A DNA stretch of 13,211 nt from Candidatus Heimdallarchaeota archaeon (GTDB lineage Archaea; Asgardarchaeota; Heimdallarchaeia; Heimdallarchaeales; Heimdallarchaeaceae): the NCBI GenBank assembly GCA_019057815.1, contig JAHLWR010000040.1, positions 1-13,211 of the forward strand, written 5' to 3'. A program made the translations under genes and the position numbers. A model generated the notes under the pieces. That model was not told where the DNA came from and made no database searches. It worked only from the letters and a program-made list of their open reading frames with translations. Shown piece by piece: positions 8,925 through 13,211 of the stretch (its first letter is position 1; every line of letters begins with the position of its first letter).

Positions 8925-10432
8925 TGTGACTTTCCAGTTAGTGGTTAATGGTTATAAAGGTTACGAAATATTAACTGGAAAGCGTGAAACAACCGACAAA
9001 AAAAAGAGTGTGTGTTCCTTTGTTGAAATATGCCAACACAAAAAAACACATAAGTGAACAAGGCAAGGGAAGGACTTAAACGTAGCGATAGTAACGGAAG
9101 GGGGAGACAAACCACATTAGAAGGTTTTACACCATTTATGCAACCAATAACCCAAACAATTCCTCTAGGGTCTATACACGAACTAGGGGAGTATATGCAA
9201 GCGTATGTGCTCCCACAGGCGTGTGTAACTCTGTTGCGCTCATTGTATCAACGAAAACCCAGGTATCCACCAGAAGCAATGATAAAAACAGCGATAGCTT
9301 TTTTTCTCTCAAGGGACAAACACTTAACAGTATTCTACCAACGACTCAAGAGATCTATTGATATACAAGGTAATCAGTCACAACAGCTGGGGCTAGCGCA
9401 ACAGCTAGGGTATGAGTGGGACAAAGCACACAAATGTTATAGAATCCCCTCTTATAATGCGTTACATGCATTTTTTTGTATATCGGGTAGGTTACCAGAA
9501 AAGCAAAGAGTTGTTTAATAAGGCAGTACAAGGACTAGAAAAACACGCAAAACGTGAAGGGTTGGTCATTGGACTTCATCAGATTATCGACTCTACACCC
9601 CATGAAGCGAAGAAAGGTGACAAGGGGACAGACATCCATTACAATGGTCACTACAAGAAAAACATGTTCAAAGAATAAAGAATAATCTGTAGATATACAC
9701 GTATACCGCTAAGCTATGAGTGTTCCCCAGGAATAGCATATGACGGAGATTACCTTAAACCACTCGTAGAACAAGCGGAAGGGAATAACTGTTATGGAAC
9801 AAATATCTGGATAGACGGACACTACACAGAGTTAGACAACCTTGCGTATCTTGGGGTAGAGAAAGAGTTGACGGTACATTACCAGATCCAAAAGAGCTGG
9901 AAATGGAACAAGAAGGGTTCACGCAAAGAGATAAGAAAACTATACCAAAAATATTGGAGAGATTCTGCTTTTAAGCCATTTGACGACCCGGAGTGTACTG
10001 AAGAGTTTATTCTACAGTTCCTATACAAGAAAGGGAGAGTGACAGAAGTAGGACATGCGTTGCGAAACAAGTGCATAGAACAGTACTCGCAAACACCTAA
10101 GCAATACCTCAAGACACTTGGGGTTCGAAGCATTATCGAAGGAACTTTTGGAGTCGATAAGCGTATGAGTACGGTAAAAGACAGGGAAGCACGAACAAAG
10201 GATAGTCGCTATGCTGCGATAGGATTCACTAACTGGGGAAAACTCGTTCTTGCTCAGATCCGTATCTTGAATGGGTGGAGAACAGACTTTGTATCTCGTT
10301 CCTTCATGACAACATAGGAGAGTGATAGTCAGACGGTGATGAAATATGTAGCCCTCTATCCCTCTCCGCAAAAGGTTTCCAGTTAAGCTACCATAAGCAT
10401 TAAAAAGCTAAAAGGTAAACTGGAAAGCCATA
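8925..10432 (+). mobile_element. Insertion sequence (~1508 bp, IS4/IS5-like DDE group) with 15-bp imperfect terminal inverted repeats and a CTA target duplication
   Basis: Left end TGTGACTTTCCAGTT (8925-8939) vs reverse complement of right end TATGGCTTTCCAGTT (10418-10432), 13/15 identical; CTA at 8922-8924 and 10433-10435; higher GC than flanks; contains the transposase. Confidence 0.82.
9054..10317 (+). pseudogene. DDE transposase, disrupted (about 420 aa if repaired)
   Basis: The three ORF-track pieces join: frameshift at the T7 run 9471-9477, in-frame TAA at 9676-9678, then the same frame continues (RIICRYTRIPL..WIDGHY..) into ORF 9868-10317. Triad candidates IIDST, WIDGHY, RSIIEGTFG..K. 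Confidence 0.85.
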
Positions 10433-10525
10433 CTATAGAGCTAAACTGTAACTTGAACAAACCAAATTGGATATCCTCTACAAAAAAGGTTACCACCTCC
10501 TCTTCTAACGGAACTGCTTTGTAAC
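10433..10525 (-). CRISPR. Degenerate mini-array: one full divergent repeat (10489-10525), one 36-bp spacer (10453-10488), one IS-truncated repeat (10433-10452)
   Basis: 10489-10525 is 30/37 identical to the consensus; 10433-10452 CTATAGAGCTAAACTGTAAC resembles the repeat's right half at normal spacer distance. Confidence 0.85.
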
Positions 10526-10690
10526 CTCTATGATTCTCTCTTTCTCTTGTTTTTCCTAGTTTTCACTTTCACTCTTTTCTATAAATGAATTCTATCTTTT
10601 TTCTATCATTCTCATTCTTAAATATTCCTTATTTCTAGACCTTTTTCGATCTGTTCTTTTTGCAATATTTCTATTGAGCAGCTCTAATTT
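10526..10690 (-). promoter_or_regulatory. Second CRISPR leader homologous to the array-1 leader
   Basis: Shared blocks with offsets from the repeat (array 1 / here): GATTCT +7/+7, AGTTTTCACTTTCAC +34/+33, CTCATTCTTAAA (TATA-containing on minus) +90/+86, GCTCTAA +160/+156. Confidence 0.8.
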
Positions 10691-10765
10691 AAGTCCTTTT
10701 AACAGTATATTAATATCATACTTTTGTTTTCTTGTTCAATAATTTTGTTTTATTTGTCTTAATAA

Positions 10766-11536
10766 TTACAATCTTTTTACTTTTCCAAAACCAAATGCTG
10801 TTCTTTTGCCTATCTGATAGAATTGGGCTAAAGATAATATTGTGTCTATTTCTTCATTTGACTCCTCGATCAAGTAAGAAACATTTCCGTATATTCCTTC
10901 CATCTTTATCGCTGGTCCAGTTCTCCTTCTCTGGTTCCATTTGAATAATTTTAAATCAACTTTTTGTGTCTTTGCTTTTATCTTATTCCAACTTCTCTCC
11001 CAATGTATTGGATAGCATTCATTAAGATAAAATTTATTGTATCGATTAATGCTTCTGACAAGAGAATCAAGAATTAATTGCAATTCTATATATAGTCGGG
11101 GTTTTCCTTCCTTGTAGAGGGTTGTAGGTGAAAGTAGTTGCATTTTTATGTATTTTGAGGATGGTGCTTTTTCAAATGATTCTCTTATTAGTTTTACTTC
11201 TTTTATTTCAGCATCCACTCCTGCAACATGAAGTTCAGATATTGTAAGCAGATGTTTAATCATCTTTTCAGCTAATTCTTCTAAATCTTCTAGAAAAAGG
11301 AAATGAATAAAAACTCCTGATTTGCCTTGTGAGGTATAAAAGAAGTACGGACGGAAAGGAATATTTTGATTTCTAAAGGCAACCCACAACTCTTTAGAAT
11401 CAAAAAGTCTTGACCCTAACCACCCTCGCAGGACAGGACCATAATAAGGCAATCTAGAAGAGGAATTTAGTTCAACAAAAAAAGAAATATGATGAATAGA
11501 TTTCGAAAGAAGGAAATTAATTTTATCCTTGTACAT
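10766..11536 (-). CDS. cas6: CRISPR pre-crRNA processing endoribonuclease Cas6
   Basis: GPVLRGWLG, PFRPYFF, LLSPT, C-terminal QIGKRTAFGFG G-loop. Start uncertain (ATG 11536 vs TTG 11557). Confidence 0.9.
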   Translation of the reverse strand: MYKDKINFLLSKSIHHISFFVELNSSSRLPYYGPVLRGWLGSRLFDSKELWVAFRNQNIPFRPYFFYTSQGKSGVFIHFLFLEDLEELAEKMIKHLLTISELHVAGVDAEIKEVKLIRESFEKAPSSKYIKMQLLSPTTLYKEGKPRLYIELQLILDSLVRSINRYNKFYLNECYPIHWERSWNKIKAKTQKVDLKLFKWNQRRRTGPAIKMEGIYGNVSYLIEESNEEIDTILSLAQFYQIGKRTAFGFGKVKRL

Positions 11537-11710
11537 AACTAAAAGAACAACTTTCAATTTATTAGTTTTTTCTTACTTTATCGCATTTTCTGGAAAGAAA
11601 AGTACAATTCATTTTGAAATTATTATGAAAGATGATTACATATTAACGATTTCAAAAACTAATTTAATTTAAGATATAGCTTTGATGAATTTACTAGTAT
11701 TTCATACAAA

Positions 11711-11857
11711 TTATGAGTGTTCATCTATATATTCTATAATTTCTCTTAAATTCCAATCTTCACATTCTTTGATTGGTGGTACATTAGGAATGAGTAATTT
11801 ATATTCATAATCATATCGTTGTCCACTGAGTGTAAAAAAGTTGACTAATCTTGCCAT
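11711..11857 (-). CDS. Small hypothetical ORF or gene remnant (48 aa)
   Basis: Hand translation MARLVNFFTLSGQRYDYEYKLLIPNVPPIKECEDWNLREIIEYIDEHS*, protein-like composition, same strand as cas6; no clear RBS. Confidence 0.3.
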   Translation of the reverse strand: MARLVNFFTLSGQRYDYEYKLLIPNVPPIKECEDWNLREIIEYIDEHS

Positions 11858-11957
11858 ACGCGCTCTAACTGCGTAAGAGGAGATGTAGAGGGAGAGGAAA
11901 AATGAACGTTTTTTCTACGGGTTTATATATATGAATTTAAACATATAGAGATAGAGA

Positions 11958-12198
11958 TAGTGTGATCTTCATCACTTATCTGTTTCGCAACTACACAAGT
12001 GGTTGTCCCTCAGTAAACTCTCCATGAAACAGGGAGACTAGCTAGCTCTGTGGTGATGACACACTAACTATAATGGAAAAGTCTTCGTGACTACCCCTCA
12101 ACGCACGTGAGGGGTCAAGGGTGAAACCCACTTCAAACGACGGTTAGAAAGCCTCTGGCAAGTTAAACCAAGTTTCATAACGTGCGTGAGTAGATCAT
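11958..12198 (+). ncRNA. Candidate structured non-coding RNA or non-autonomous mobile element remnant
   Basis: About 47% GC over 12001-12180 vs about 25% at 11581-11640 (hand count); many nested helices with G-U pairs on +; possible pseudoknot; TATA-like TTTATATA at 11922-11929. Confidence 0.5.
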
Positions 12199-12276
12199 GA
12201 AAACGACTAGGTCCTATTTTATAAAAAACTATACAATTTGTACATTTCAAGGAGTTATGATTAAATTTGTCAATTA

Positions 12277-12313
12277 TCAGTTATCTCCTCTTCTTCTACT
12301 ATAGTTAGAGAAT
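12277..12313 (-). repeat. Highly decayed trailer repeat remnant of array 2
   Basis: TATCTCCTCTTCTT at 12282-12295 is identical to 12362-12375 of the next degenerate repeat, one repeat-spacer unit (80 bp) away. Confidence 0.6.
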
Positions 12314-12356
12314 AGTTATGGGATAGAAGGAGAATGAATCCAAACTGTTATCATAA

Positions 12357-13211
12357 GTTACTATCTCCTCTTCTTATAGAGTTAAAATGTAACTGACTAA
12401 AATGCACCTTAAAAAATGTTACGTTACTACCTCCTCTTTTAACGGAGCTAGAATGTGACGTGTTAACCTCAGGGGCATTATGTTGTCTACCAGGGTTGAC
12501 GTTACCATCTCCTCTTTTGACGGAGCTAGAATGTAACTTGTCACAGTACAAGACACCACTAATCCTGTTCTTAGGTTACCACCTCCTCTTTTGACGGAGC
12601 TAGAATGTAACTAGAAATTTTAGATGAGGACTGGAAAAGTCCTCTTAAGTTACCACCTCCTCTTTTGACGGAGCTAGAATGTAACTCAAACTTGTTCATA
12701 TAGACTCTTGGCTTGAAGAAACCAAGTTACCACCTCCTCTTTTGACGGAGCTAGAATGTAACTATGAACCGTTTTACACGGTTTATAGATTGTTTATCGA
12801 GTTACCACCTCCTCTTTTGACGGAGCTAGAATGTAACTTGTTATTATAAGAATCCCCATCATAAGGCGTGGCTCTAACTCTAGAAGTTACCACCTCCTCT
12901 TTTGACGGAGCTAGAATGTAACGAAGAATCAGGCATTGGATATTGCTTGACCTTGAAGTTACCACCTCCTCTTTTGACGGAGCTAGAATGTAACGGCGTT
13001 AACCTTACTGCCGATCTAAGAAAAGCTAAATGTTACCACCTCCTCTTTTGACGGAGCTAGAATGTAACAAAAGACTGCTAAAAAGGAACAAAAGTTAGCA
13101 GAATAGTTGTTACCACCTCCTCTTTTGACGGAGCTAGAATGTAACGGCGTTAACCATACTGCCGATCTAAGAAAAGCTAAATGTTACCACCTCCTCTTTT
13201 GACGGAGCTAG
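12357..13211 (-). CRISPR. CRISPR array 2 (trailer end; continues right of the window): 12 repeats (last one cut by the window edge), 11 spacers of 29-48 bp
   Basis: Repeats start at 12357, 12423, 12501, 12575, 12649, 12726, 12801, 12886, 12958, 13032, 13109 and 13183. The first three carry 8, 3 and 1 mismatches, a trailer-end decay gradient. Confidence 0.97.

Noticed and set aside
9008-9052. Imperfect hairpin (TGTGTT/AACACA, TGTTG/CAACA) before the transposase start as a terminator
   Set aside because: Interrupted stem with no clear U-tract; a function cannot be supported.
9879-10944. ORFs 9879-10133, 10021-10371 (minus) and 10732-10944 (plus)
   Set aside because: Antisense shadows of the transposase and cas6 with no motifs.
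11875-11887. tracrRNA anti-repeat
   Set aside because: Only about 10-13 low-complexity nt, and the system has Cas6 and no class 2 effector; kept only as a weak note in the findings.
12074-12135. RNase P-like words (GGAAAAGTC, GGGTGAAAC) and intron- or hammerhead-like words in the structured region
   Set aside because: The partner elements (RNase P 3' P4 strand, group II domain V, CUGANGA core) are not present.
12630-12637. Spacer word ACTGGAAA identical to the IS end motif
   Set aside because: Only 8 nt with no flanking similarity; expected by chance.
12351-12965. ORFs 12351-12551 and 12783-12965
   Set aside because: Translations of CRISPR repeats and spacers (recurring HSSSVKRG).

Overview
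AT-rich, probably archaeal (BRE/TATA promoters, GGTGA/GGAGG ribosome-binding sites) type III CRISPR-Cas locus, most similar to III-D, entirely on the minus strand. Gene order in the direction of transcription: cas6, leader plus degenerate mini-array, then cas10, a small Cas7-group RAMP, Csx10/Cas5, two paralogous small helical proteins (likely Cas11), Csm3/Cas7, a Cas7-Cas7 fusion, cas1, cas2, leader and array. Two arrays with the same 37-bp repeat (GTTACCACCTCCTCTTTTGACGGAGCTAGAATGTAAC on +) flank the locus and both run off the window. A ~1.5-kb IS with a broken DDE transposase sits inside the last repeat of the mini-array, just upstream of the cas10 promoter. Most notable: (i) many spacers look like fragments of a structured, protein-coding RNA (internal hairpins, G-U pairs on the target strand, inter-spacer complementarity), although no RT is visible; (ii) a one-spacer mini-array with its own leader lies between cas6 and cas10; (iii) an unexplained ~240-nt GC-rich, highly structured ncRNA candidate lies between cas6 and the right array; (iv) Cas10 has an intact GGDD, a likely damaged HD site and no linked effector. 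All family calls come from reading motifs by eye; no database searches were run.
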